NCBI GenBank assembly: GCA_050951325.1
Contig: JBMNIW010000009.1
Location: 19,675-83,674, forward strand
Direction of reading: 5' to 3'
From: Clostridia bacterium
GTDB lineage: Bacteria; Bacillota; Clostridia; UBA1212; DUPL01
DNA length: 64,000 nucleotides
Below are positions 26,828-35,499 of this stretch, in pieces (the first letter of the stretch is position 1; the number at the start of each line of letters is the position of its first letter). The notes below the pieces were generated by a model, which searched no databases, was not told the origin of the DNA, and worked only from the letters and a program-made list of their open reading frames with translations. Position numbers and translations under genes: made by a program.

Positions 26828-29293
26828 TTATACAATGGTATAGCTGCCCGGTTCGTCAAGGTTGATTCTTATACGATTGCCAGCCCTTTCAAACTCAGAT
26901 ACGAGAGCAACCTTGTCATTTATTCTTATCGTAGAATTTTCGTCCTTGTTTATAAGGGGGAAGCACAATGAAGCCCTGGTTGGCACAGTGCAGTTATAAA
27001 CAAAGGTTCCGTTTTCCATTCTCCAACTGCTCTTTACTAGACCGCTGGCAGACTCATACTCCGCTTCAACATAGGTGATGTTCTCCTGACCTTCAGGCAA
27101 CTCATCTTTTGTTCTGGTATCAGGCATTGGTCTTAAAACGACATGTTTGAAACCAGGCTCGTTAAAGTCATTGTTAATACCCGCCATGTACTTGAACATC
27201 CACTCCAACACAGCACCGTATGCATAGTGGTTGAAGGAGTTCATTCCAGCATCTCCGAATCCCTTTTCAATTGTATATGAATTCCATCTCTCCCAAATTG
27301 TTGTTGCTCCCTGATATACGCTGTACAGCCAGGATGGATCTTCCGTCTGCAGAAGCAACGAATACGCTATATTGCTTTTTCCAAACTCACTCAATGTCTG
27401 GTTCAATATACCGGTTCCGATAAAACCTGTACTCAACCTGTATCCGTTGTCCTTTATCTTCTGCTCCAGACAGTCCGCTGCTTCCTGAACATAGGATTCT
27501 GGCAGCATGTATGTCTTTAGAGCCAGGAGATATGCAGTCTGGGATGTTTCCTTAAGCTTTCCATTCTCGTCAAGGAATTTCTCCTGGAAATGCTTCTTGA
27601 TATCCTCATATAGTTTTGCATACTCTTCTTCTTTTTGCGAACCTATTGCCCTTGCCATATCCCTCATGTACATGGTGCTCAAGGCAAACATGCAGCATGA
27701 GACGTATTCCTTGTCGGTAGGCTCATAGCTTAGCCAGTCTCCATATACCGCATTTCCTCCACCAAGGCCAAAGCTTCTCAAGTACTGAATGTATTTGTCC
27801 ATGGCTTCGAAATTGTCCTCTATTATCTTTTTGTCTCCATACATGCGGTAGATTACATATGGAACAATAACACCGGCATCCGCCCATGCAGCATTGCCCT
27901 CTCCCACCACTCTGACACGGGGAGCTACATCCGGGAAAGCTCCATTCTCACTTTGGCAGTCTCTCATATCCTGCATCCACTTGTGGAAAAACTCTCGAAC
28001 GTCCGCATTGTAGCATGCCGCATTGACAAAAATCTGCGTATCGCCTGTCCAGCCAAGTCTTTCATCCCTTTGTGGACAGTCGGTGGGTATGCTTAAATAG
28101 TTTCCTCTCTGTCCCCATATCACATTACTGATTAGCTTGTTTACATCCTCATTAGATGTTCTTATTCTGCCTGTTTCCTTTGTATCAGAACCTACCACGC
28201 AAGCCTTGATATATATGAGGACAATGTCGTCATCCGCTGTAATTTCAATGTACCTGAAACCAAAGAATGCATGGGTTGGATTGTATGTCTCTCCAAACTC
28301 GTCCCCTCTTAAGATATATTGTATCTTGGACTTTGCGCTCCTGTAATTTTCAGTATACAAACTGCCCTTCGGTCCGTCATTGCCTCTTGATTTATCTCCG
28401 CTGTCATTGAGCATTTCAGCAAATCTCACAAGAATGCTTGTGCCTCTTTTGCCTTTTACGGTGAATCTAGGCCATCCAACCAGGTTCTGACCAATGTCTA
28501 TCAAAAGGGTTTGACCCTTCCTGATTTTAACTTCCTGGCCCAGTTCAAACTCATTTACATAAACAACCTCACCATAATCAGTTCCGTTGTCCCTTATTCC
28601 CTCATACAACTTCATGCTGACAGGAAGCATGTTCAAAAATTCCCTCTCCCTTATTGCAGGACCTATATGCTTTGTGACCTCGCCATTAAAGTTTGTATAG
28701 ATTAACGCATGGTTCCAATCAGAGTCATCAAAGCCGGGATATTTAAAAGAATCATTGTCTACTCTGGCATCGTAGAACTCTCCATCCCAGATGTCCGCAC
28801 TTAATATGGCGCCACCTACTTTGCATTTCCAGTCCTCATCCGTACCAATATGGTTTGTGGTGCCGTCTTCATAAGTAAAATCAAGCCTTGCAAGAAATGC
28901 CACACTATCCTTTGGATAAGTATCAATATTGATTCTTCCCTGCCACCAACCAGGAGATACAATGCCTGTTATGCAGTTTACGCCGTCTGTAAGATACTCT
29001 TTAACATCGTATTCATAATACAGAACTCTCTTTCTGTATTCGGTCCATCCAGGCTTTAAAACATCCTTTCCTACCTTTATGCCATTAATAAAGAGCTCAA
29101 ATATGCCCAAAGCAGTTGCTTTAACAACAGCTTCTTTTACCTCTTTCGAAACTTTGAATTCCCTTCTAAATATTGGCAGACCACCACCGTTTTTTAAAGG
29201 CGACTTCCTGTAATCAGCAGTGCTCTGATTCTCCCAAGGATTAACTCCTTTTTCCACTCTACTGTATTCAATACTTATCCATCTAGCATCCAT
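26828..29293 (-). CDS. Alpha-L-rhamnosidase (GH78)
   Basis: 821 aa with the GH78 signature PTDCPQRDERLGWTGD. There is no signal peptide. Confidence 0.9.
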   Translation of the reverse strand: MDARWISIEYSRVEKGVNPWENQSTADYRKSPLKNGGGLPIFRREFKVSKEVKEAVVKATALGIFELFINGIKVGKDVLKPGWTEYRKRVLYYEYDVKEYLTDGVNCITGIVSPGWWQGRINIDTYPKDSVAFLARLDFTYEDGTTNHIGTDEDWKCKVGGAILSADIWDGEFYDARVDNDSFKYPGFDDSDWNHALIYTNFNGEVTKHIGPAIREREFLNMLPVSMKLYEGIRDNGTDYGEVVYVNEFELGQEVKIRKGQTLLIDIGQNLVGWPRFTVKGKRGTSILVRFAEMLNDSGDKSRGNDGPKGSLYTENYRSAKSKIQYILRGDEFGETYNPTHAFFGFRYIEITADDDIVLIYIKACVVGSDTKETGRIRTSNEDVNKLISNVIWGQRGNYLSIPTDCPQRDERLGWTGDTQIFVNAACYNADVREFFHKWMQDMRDCQSENGAFPDVAPRVRVVGEGNAAWADAGVIVPYVIYRMYGDKKIIEDNFEAMDKYIQYLRSFGLGGGNAVYGDWLSYEPTDKEYVSCCMFALSTMYMRDMARAIGSQKEEEYAKLYEDIKKHFQEKFLDENGKLKETSQTAYLLALKTYMLPESYVQEAADCLEQKIKDNGYRLSTGFIGTGILNQTLSEFGKSNIAYSLLLQTEDPSWLYSVYQGATTIWERWNSYTIEKGFGDAGMNSFNHYAYGAVLEWMFKYMAGINNDFNEPGFKHVVLRPMPDTRTKDELPEGQENITYVEAEYESASGLVKSSWRMENGTFVYNCTVPTRASLCFPLINKDENSTIRINDKVALVSEFERAGNRIRINLDEPGSYTIV

Positions 29294-29342
29294 ATTTCGA
29301 TCCCCCTGTATTCAATATCGTGTACTTGTCCCAATGCCCTGT

Positions 29343-29371
29343 ATTATATGTTTACACATTCCTCTTGTCAA
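29343..29371 (-). promoter_or_regulatory. Consensus sigma-A promoter upstream of the rhamnosidase-amidase-TerB-ATPase-helicase gene string
   Basis: On the minus strand: TTGACA (29371-29366), 17 nt spacer, TATAAT (29348-29343). The -35 overlaps the trmFO stop codon. Confidence 0.65.
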
Positions 29372-30657
29372 CCGTTCAAGCTTTTCTTGATATTTTCAAT
29401 TTCCACAAGGGCATTTTCGGAAATCTTTCTTCTTCTTTCCACCTTGTTTTTTATCCCAATGTCTCCACTGGCAATTATCCCAAAATTGATTCCCATGGGC
29501 TGGAAATCCTTGCCTGGGTAGCTTGCTGCATAATTTGCAAGAGCTCCAATAGCTGTCGATACAGGAAAGACAACTGGCGTCTTGCCCTGATAAAGTCTTG
29601 CGGCATTTATGCCTGCCACAAGTCCGGAGGACGTAGATTCCATATACCCTTCCACTCCGGTAATCTGTCCGGCAAAGTACATGTTCTTTCCTATTACCCT
29701 ATACGTTCTGTCCAAAAAGCCAGGAGACTTAAGGTATGTGTTTCTATGCATGACGCCATATCTTGCATACTCGGCATTTCTAAGAGCCGGTATAAGTCCG
29801 AAGACTCTTTTCTGCTCTCCAAACTTGAGTCTTGTCTGAAAACCAACAATATTGTATATTGTGCCTTCCAGATTCTCCTGTCTGAGCTGCACAATTGCAT
29901 AGTATTTCTTGTCGAAGCCAACGGGCTTCAAAGGACCGAACCTTAATGTGTCCACTCCCCTTTTTGCCATTTCTTCAATTGGCATGCATCCTTCATAAAG
30001 TCTTATGTCATCAAAATCCTCAACAAAAGCAGTCTCAGCATTTATGAGGTTGTTATAAAATTCGAGATATTCCTCTCTGGAAAGGGGGCAGTTTATATAA
30101 TCATCATCCCCTTTTCCGTATCTGGAACCCCTGAATGCATGGTTCATGTCAATGGATTCAGCAAATACAATAGGGGCTGCCGCATCAAAAAATGACAAAG
30201 AGGGACAAAGCCCAGCAAATTCTTGTGACAAAGCGTCACTGGTCAAAGGCCCTGTTGCGTATATCGTTATTTCATCCTCTATTATCCTTGTTACTTCTTC
30301 CCTTGAAATTTCTATCAAAGGATGACTTCCAATTCTTTCAGTTACAAGTCTGGAAAAAAGCTCCCTGTCTACAGACAAAGAACCTCCTGCAGGAACCTCG
30401 GATTTTAACGCACAATCCATTATCAACGATCCTAAAGCTTTCATTTCTTCCTTCAACAGCCCGGAGGCGTTTTCAATATTGCGAGCCTTGAAGGAATTGC
30501 TGCAAACCAGTTCTGCTAAATCTTCGCTTTTATGTGCAGGAGAAAACTTTTGCGGTTTCATTTCGTAAAGCTTTACCGGGATCCCCCTTTCAGCAATCTG
30601 AAAGGCAGCCTCGCAACCAGCAAGACCCGCTCCGACAACATTAATTTTTTTGTCCAT
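29368..30657 (-). CDS. trmFO: Methylenetetrahydrofolate--tRNA-(uracil54-C5)-methyltransferase TrmFO (Gid)
   Basis: The N-terminus MDKKINVVGAGLAGCEAAFQIA carries an FAD-binding GxGxxG. An alternative TTG start at 30666 overlaps the topA stop. Confidence 0.93.
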   Translation of the reverse strand: MDKKINVVGAGLAGCEAAFQIAERGIPVKLYEMKPQKFSPAHKSEDLAELVCSNSFKARNIENASGLLKEEMKALGSLIMDCALKSEVPAGGSLSVDRELFSRLVTERIGSHPLIEISREEVTRIIEDEITIYATGPLTSDALSQEFAGLCPSLSFFDAAAPIVFAESIDMNHAFRGSRYGKGDDDYINCPLSREEYLEFYNNLINAETAFVEDFDDIRLYEGCMPIEEMAKRGVDTLRFGPLKPVGFDKKYYAIVQLRQENLEGTIYNIVGFQTRLKFGEQKRVFGLIPALRNAEYARYGVMHRNTYLKSPGFLDRTYRVIGKNMYFAGQITGVEGYMESTSSGLVAGINAARLYQGKTPVVFPVSTAIGALANYAASYPGKDFQPMGINFGIIASGDIGIKNKVERRRKISENALVEIENIKKSLNG

Positions 30658-30662
30658 ATGCC

Positions 30663-32783
30663 TCAACCCTTATCGTTATTCTCCACAACATCCATTTTGT
30701 AGGAACATTTCTTGTTGCTGCAGGCAATCTGCGTGCCGCTTCTCCTATTCACATACTCAAGATGCTGACCGCACTCGGGACACTTTTCACCTGTGGGTAC
30801 ATTCCAAGAGTTGAATTCGCAATCGGGATAGTTCGAGCAACCCACATATTTACGTCCTGTTTTTGTTTTCCTGTATATCAAAGGTTTGCCGCAGGAAGGA
30901 CAGTCAACACCTACTTCTTCAACGATTGGTTTTGTGTTCCTGCACTCGGGAAATCCGGGACATGCCAGGAATTTTCCATACCTGCCGGTTTTGTACACCA
31001 TCATTCTTCCACACTTGTCGCAAGGTACATCGCTTACAGGATCCTCAATCTTTACTTTTTCCAGTTCTTCCTCAGCCTTTTGTACCTGTTTTTCAAAAGG
31101 AGTGTAAAAATCCCTGATGACAGAAACCCAGTTTTCCTCTCCCTCGGCAATCTTGTCAAACCTGTCTTCAATATTTGCCGTAAACTCCACGTTTACAATG
31201 TCATTAAAACTCTTTTTCAAAAGGTCATTAACTATCCTTCCGAGTTCCGTTGGAAACAGGACCTTCTTTTCCCTTCTGACATATCCTCTTGCCAGAATTG
31301 TCGAAATTGTAGGAGCATAAGTACTAGGTCTTCCAATGCCGTGCTCTTCCAGAGCCTTGACAAGGGATGCTTCCGTATACCTTGGTGGAGGCTGTGTGAA
31401 GTGCTGCTTTTTATCCAGCTTGTCAAGATTTAGAACCTCGCCAACCTCCAGTTTAGGCAGCTTCCTGTTGCCATCCTCTTCATTTTCGTCATTGTTATCG
31501 CTCTTGGAATCCATATATATTGCGGTGTATCCCTTGAACTTCAATGTACTACCTGAAGCCTTGAAAAGATAATCTCCTTTTGATGTGAGTATGTCTACAC
31601 TAACCGTATCATAAACTGCTTCAGCCATCTGGGAAGCGATGAATCTCTCGTATATCAGTTTGTACAATTTGTACTGATCGTTTGTCAGTTTGTCCTTTAT
31701 CTTGCCAGGGGCATGCTCAAGATAAGTTGGTCTTATTGCCTCGTGAGCATCCTGGGCCTGATTCTTGTTTTTGTAAACTCTTTTCTTTTTTGGAACATAC
31801 TCGTCTCCAAAATTGCCTTTAATATATTCAAGAGCCTGGTTTTGAGCATTGTCCGAAATCCTTACGGAGTCCGTTCTAATATACGTAACAAGACCGGTAA
31901 CACCCTGTTTTCCACCCAAATCAATTCCTTCATAAAGCATCTGCGCAACCATCATCGTCTTTGAAGCAGGGAACCCAAACCTTCTGGATGCCTCCTGCTG
32001 TAGAGTGCTGGTTGTAAAAGGTGGCGCTGGACTTCTTCTTCTTTCAGATTTCTTTAAATCAACAACCTTGAACTCACTGTTTTCTATTTCATCGTAGATT
32101 GTTTTTGCCTGTTCCTCGTTTTCAACCTCTATTTTTCCACCTTGTTTTCCGTGGAATTTGGCCTCAAACCTATCCTTTTTGCCAAACTTTGACAACAGAG
32201 CGGTAATGGACCAGTATTCCTTTGGCTCGAAGGCTTCTATCTCGTCTTCCCTGTCGCATATAAGTCTTGTGGCAACAGACTGCACCCTTCCCGCACTAAG
32301 TCCTTTTTTAACCTTTTTCCACAGAACAGGACTTATCTTGTAGCCAACAATCCTGTCCAAAACACGTCGTGCCTGATAAGTGTCCACCAGCTTCATATCT
32401 ATCGGTCTTGGATTCTTAAAACCTTCCAAAACAGCATTTTTTGTGATTTCATTGAATGTGACCCTGCAAGGCTCATTGGCATCAATATCCAGCAACTGTG
32501 TCAGATGCCACGAAATGGCCTCTCCTTCCCTGTCCGGGTCCGTTGCAAGATATACCTTTTTTGCCTTTCCGGCTTCCTTCTTAAGGGTTTTAATCAAGTC
32601 ACCCTTTCCTCTTATGTTAATATATTGAGGTTCAAAATCATTCTCTATATCAATTGCCAATTTGCTTTTTGGCAAATCCCTTACGTGCCCGGCCGACGCT
32701 TCGACCTTGTAGCTTCTGCCTAAAAACTTCTTTATTGTATTTGCTTTTGTGGGCGACTCCACAATAACAAGATAATCAGCCAT
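30663..32783 (-). CDS. topA: DNA topoisomerase I
   Basis: It has a Toprim N-terminus (LVIVESPTKANTIKKFLG), an active-site region (YIRTDSVRIS) and C-terminal CxxC zinc ribbons. Confidence 0.97.
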   Translation of the reverse strand: MADYLVIVESPTKANTIKKFLGRSYKVEASAGHVRDLPKSKLAIDIENDFEPQYINIRGKGDLIKTLKKEAGKAKKVYLATDPDREGEAISWHLTQLLDIDANEPCRVTFNEITKNAVLEGFKNPRPIDMKLVDTYQARRVLDRIVGYKISPVLWKKVKKGLSAGRVQSVATRLICDREDEIEAFEPKEYWSITALLSKFGKKDRFEAKFHGKQGGKIEVENEEQAKTIYDEIENSEFKVVDLKKSERRRSPAPPFTTSTLQQEASRRFGFPASKTMMVAQMLYEGIDLGGKQGVTGLVTYIRTDSVRISDNAQNQALEYIKGNFGDEYVPKKKRVYKNKNQAQDAHEAIRPTYLEHAPGKIKDKLTNDQYKLYKLIYERFIASQMAEAVYDTVSVDILTSKGDYLFKASGSTLKFKGYTAIYMDSKSDNNDENEEDGNRKLPKLEVGEVLNLDKLDKKQHFTQPPPRYTEASLVKALEEHGIGRPSTYAPTISTILARGYVRREKKVLFPTELGRIVNDLLKKSFNDIVNVEFTANIEDRFDKIAEGEENWVSVIRDFYTPFEKQVQKAEEELEKVKIEDPVSDVPCDKCGRMMVYKTGRYGKFLACPGFPECRNTKPIVEEVGVDCPSCGKPLIYRKTKTGRKYVGCSNYPDCEFNSWNVPTGEKCPECGQHLEYVNRRSGTQIACSNKKCSYKMDVVENNDKG

Positions 32784-32858
32784 TTTTACTTTCCTCCAAA
32801 TATGTTTGCTTAATTTAAAACCAACTCATGATAGCACAATCCGCATTTTCCATCAATA

Positions 32859-33950
32859 TTATATTACAACGTGCAGATTACCATGTCTATCCCTTCCCAA
32901 TATACCCTTCACTTCCAAAATCGTCGTAATCGCAACGACTCTTGCGCTGTCCAACCCGGTTTTGCTGCAAATATCCTCGATTTTAACACCTTTGTAAATC
33001 AAGTCTGCAACCATTGCCTCTTCCTTGTCCAAACCATTCAGCCAGCCGACAGTCCCGGCAATTTTCCTGCCTTCAATCAAATTCAAACCTTCCAACACAT
33101 CGATAAAGCTGGTGGCGATACAGGCTCCAGCCTTTATCAGGCTGTTGCAGCCTTCGCTGTAACTCGAATCAATATTGCCAGGTACGGAAAATATATCTCT
33201 TCCCTCATTTATTGCAAAGTTCACAGTTATCATGGCGCCGCTTTTCTTTCCTGCCTCGCACACAAGAAGCCCTTTGCCAAGACCGGCGATGATTCTGTTT
33301 CTTGCTGGAAAATGATGCTTAAGCGGCATTGTGCCCGGCGGATACTCCGAAAGAACAAGTCCGTTCTCTTTTATCCTGTAGTATATAACCTCGTTCTCCA
33401 AAGGATAAATGTTGTCAGGTCCTCCTCCCAGTACCGCAATTGTGTATCCATTTGCATCAAGACATCCCACATGAGCTCTGGCATCTATGCCTTTTGCCAT
33501 CCCGCTTACAATTCCAACACCGTGTTTTGCAATATTGAAACACATGTCATATGTGACTTTTCTTCCATATGCGGAACACTTTCTTGAACCCACAACCGAC
33601 AAGAGAGTCGTGTTTTTATCCGGCAATTTACCATAATAGTACAAAACGAATGGTGGGTCAAATATATTTTTCAAATCCTCAGGATAATCCTCCCTGAAAA
33701 CATGCGTTATTTTGACACCCTTTTCCAAAACCCTTTCGTAAATCCTTGCTGCCCTGTCCTTAATGGATTCATCCATTAGTCTCTGACATAATAACCGATT
33801 ATTCCTGATTTCACAAGTCACATCAGTATAACTTTTAACCAAATAAGCTTCTCTCAAGCTCCCATAGTTTTCTACCAGCAGACTCGCAATTTTGTTTGCA
33901 GGTCTTCCAAGCAAAGTAATCCAAATATGTACAAGATTATCAGAATACAT
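32859..33950 (-). CDS. dprA: DNA processing protein DprA (Smf)
   Basis: It has a Rossmann-like DprA core (VVGSRKCSAYG, VSGMAKGIDARAH, GGGPDNIYP, FPARNRIIAG) and lies upstream of topA, as in many Firmicutes. Confidence 0.92.
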   Translation of the reverse strand: MYSDNLVHIWITLLGRPANKIASLLVENYGSLREAYLVKSYTDVTCEIRNNRLLCQRLMDESIKDRAARIYERVLEKGVKITHVFREDYPEDLKNIFDPPFVLYYYGKLPDKNTTLLSVVGSRKCSAYGRKVTYDMCFNIAKHGVGIVSGMAKGIDARAHVGCLDANGYTIAVLGGGPDNIYPLENEVIYYRIKENGLVLSEYPPGTMPLKHHFPARNRIIAGLGKGLLVCEAGKKSGAMITVNFAINEGRDIFSVPGNIDSSYSEGCNSLIKAGACIATSFIDVLEGLNLIEGRKIAGTVGWLNGLDKEEAMVADLIYKGVKIEDICSKTGLDSARVVAITTILEVKGILGRDRHGNLHVVI

Positions 33951-33968
33951 TAAACAATCCTCCTCGTA

Positions 33969-34538
33969 TTATATAGTAGTAGTTTTTAAATAAATATAAC
34001 ACGATACATAACCCAAAGCTTCAGCCACATCAAACTTGGATATCGTCTCTCGTAAATCAAGGTCCGCTATTGTTCTTGACACCCTGAACACCTTGTCCAT
34101 GTCTACCATGCTGCATCTATAAATTTTTTGTGCCTCTTTTATAAACTCCTGTGCCTCCAAATCCATCCTGCAATACTTTTCAAAACCGTTTCTACTCAGG
34201 CTTCCGTTAAACTTGAACGAATTGCTTTCATACCGCTTTTCCTGTATCCTGTGAACAGTATTTATCCTTTCATGATCCACATCCTGTCTCAAATCATTAA
34301 TCGGCACGTACATGTCCGATGAGTTTAATTGTCTGGATGGAATATTGGCAAATGTGTACTGTATGTCCAGATCCGTGCATGTACAATCTCTCCTGAAAAG
34401 AAGACCACATTTGCAGGGTGAATAGCAAGAAACAAAAAACTCTTCACATGTGATTGGCATTAAATCAACACTGCCAAAAAGCATGCAGTTGTGTTTTCCT
34501 GACAAAGCTATTTCCAAAATCCTCTTCAAACTATACAT
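33969..34538 (-). CDS. ComM/YifB-like remnant lacking the AAA+ core
   Basis: At 189 aa it is far shorter than ComM, which as I recall is roughly 500 aa. It retains ILEIALSGKHNCMLFGS (where ComM has a GPPGxGKT P-loop), a Cys-rich CYSPCKCG...CTC patch, and the C-terminal VFRVSRTIADLDLRETISKFDVAEALGY. There is no Walker A or B motif. Confidence 0.6.
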   Translation of the reverse strand: MYSLKRILEIALSGKHNCMLFGSVDLMPITCEEFFVSCYSPCKCGLLFRRDCTCTDLDIQYTFANIPSRQLNSSDMYVPINDLRQDVDHERINTVHRIQEKRYESNSFKFNGSLSRNGFEKYCRMDLEAQEFIKEAQKIYRCSMVDMDKVFRVSRTIADLDLRETISKFDVAEALGYVSCYIYLKTTTI

Positions 34539-34552
34539 GACATATCCTTTCT

Positions 34553-34603
34553 GAAAATAAAAAACCCTCCATCATTGCAGCATTCCTGCAATATTCTGGG
34601 GGG
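34553..34603 (-). terminator. Rho-independent terminator after nrdR
   Basis: The minus-strand hairpin pairs CCCCCC..ATTGCAG-gaatg-CTGCAAT..GGAGGG (34565-34603). It is followed by UUUUUAUUUU. Confidence 0.7.
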
Positions 34604-34633
34604 ATGAAAATCATATTCAGCTTTAGATCTTAT

Positions 34634-35101
34634 TTATTCAATTCTTGTGCTATTCTGCATAATTCCTTTTAGTTCTTCCATGAAAGTATCTATATCCTTG
34701 AACTCCTTGTATACGGATGCAAACCTTACATAAGCCACCTGATCAAGATGCCTAAGCTTTTCCATTACAAATTCTCCAATTTCCTTGGAGGAAATTTCCT
34801 TCTTCAAAGAGTTCAAAAAATACTGTTCTGCTTCATCTGCAAGCGCTTCCACCTGCTTGAGCTTAATTGGTCTTTTCTCACAGGCTCTCATTACACCAGA
34901 GATAAGCTTGTACCTGTCAAAGGCCTGTCTAGTTCCGTCTTTTTTAATCACGAACAACTGGGTGCTCTCAATCTTCTCATAAGTAGTATATCTGGATCCG
35001 CAAGCCAAACACTCTCTACGCCTGCGTATAACGGTGTGTTCATCCGTAGGCCTTGAGTCTATTACCTTGTCGTCCAAATGATTGCAGTAAGGACACTTCA
35101 C
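34634..35101 (-). CDS. nrdR: Transcriptional repressor NrdR
   Basis: I chose the GTG start at 35101 (VKCPYCNHLDDKVIDSRP) because a GGTGGAG SD lies 5 nt upstream; the track ORF extends to 35146. It has a zinc ribbon (CPYC...CLAC) and an ATP-cone. Confidence 0.93.
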   Translation of the reverse strand: MKCPYCNHLDDKVIDSRPTDEHTVIRRRRECLACGSRYTTYEKIESTQLFVIKKDGTRQAFDRYKLISGVMRACEKRPIKLKQVEALADEAEQYFLNSLKKEISSKEIGEFVMEKLRHLDQVAYVRFASVYKEFKDIDTFMEELKGIMQNSTRIE

Positions 35102-35134
35102 GTCAGCTCCACCCACTTTCAAAATATTTAGTAT

Positions 35135-35164
35135 ATTATACAACATTTTCCTATATCAATGCAA
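35135..35164 (-). promoter_or_regulatory. Sigma-A-type promoter for nrdR
   Basis: On the minus strand: TTGCAT (35164-35159), 18 nt spacer, TATAAT (35140-35135). Confidence 0.45.
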
Positions 35165-35166
35165 GG

Positions 35167-35201
35167 AATAAAAAGTCTTCCAGTTAAGGAAACCGGAAGA
35201 C
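35167..35201 (-). terminator. Orphan rho-independent terminator upstream of the nrdR promoter
   Basis: The minus-strand hairpin GUCUUCC-13 nt-GGAAGAC (35175-35201) is followed by UUUUUAUU. No annotated minus-strand gene lies upstream of it. Confidence 0.5.
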
Positions 35202-35432
35202 ATCAAATCAAACCCTTTTCATTTATTCAATCAAGCGGGATTATGAAGTTAACAACAAAACAAAGAATACTGACGCTTTTTTAAATAACACAACAATACA
35301 CTCCATTTCTGTATTTAATTTCGTTATTCCTTTTATCCTTATCTTACTTAATGTTACAGTATCTGTAAATTACAAAAATAAATTTCTTTTTTTGGTAACG
35401 GTTTATTAATCTTTTATACACGGTCTGCTTCA

Positions 35433-35461
35433 TTGATTTTGAATATGTCACATGATATAAT
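35433..35461 (+). promoter_or_regulatory. Extended -10 sigma-A promoter for the MutS-like gene
   Basis: TTGATT (35433-35438), 17 nt spacer, TGaTATAAT (35453-35461). Confidence 0.55.
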
Positions 35462-35499
35462 GGTTTAAAGTAAAAAAGTCAAACAGGAGTGAGAAACGA

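Noticed and set aside
29320-29946. 208-aa plus-strand ORF overlapping the 3' half of trmFO.
   Set aside because: It is antisense to a well-conserved trmFO frame. Its start lies inside the rhamnosidase promoter region, and it has no SD or recognisable motifs.
30762-31433. 223-aa plus-strand ORF and several 60-85-aa ORFs antisense to topA.
   Set aside because: They are fully embedded in the conserved topA frame, have no RBS, and their composition is typical of antisense translation of an AT-rich gene.
32871-33587. 238-aa plus-strand ORF opposite dprA.
   Set aside because: The DprA motifs are unambiguous on the minus strand. The plus-strand product is low-complexity and has no start context.
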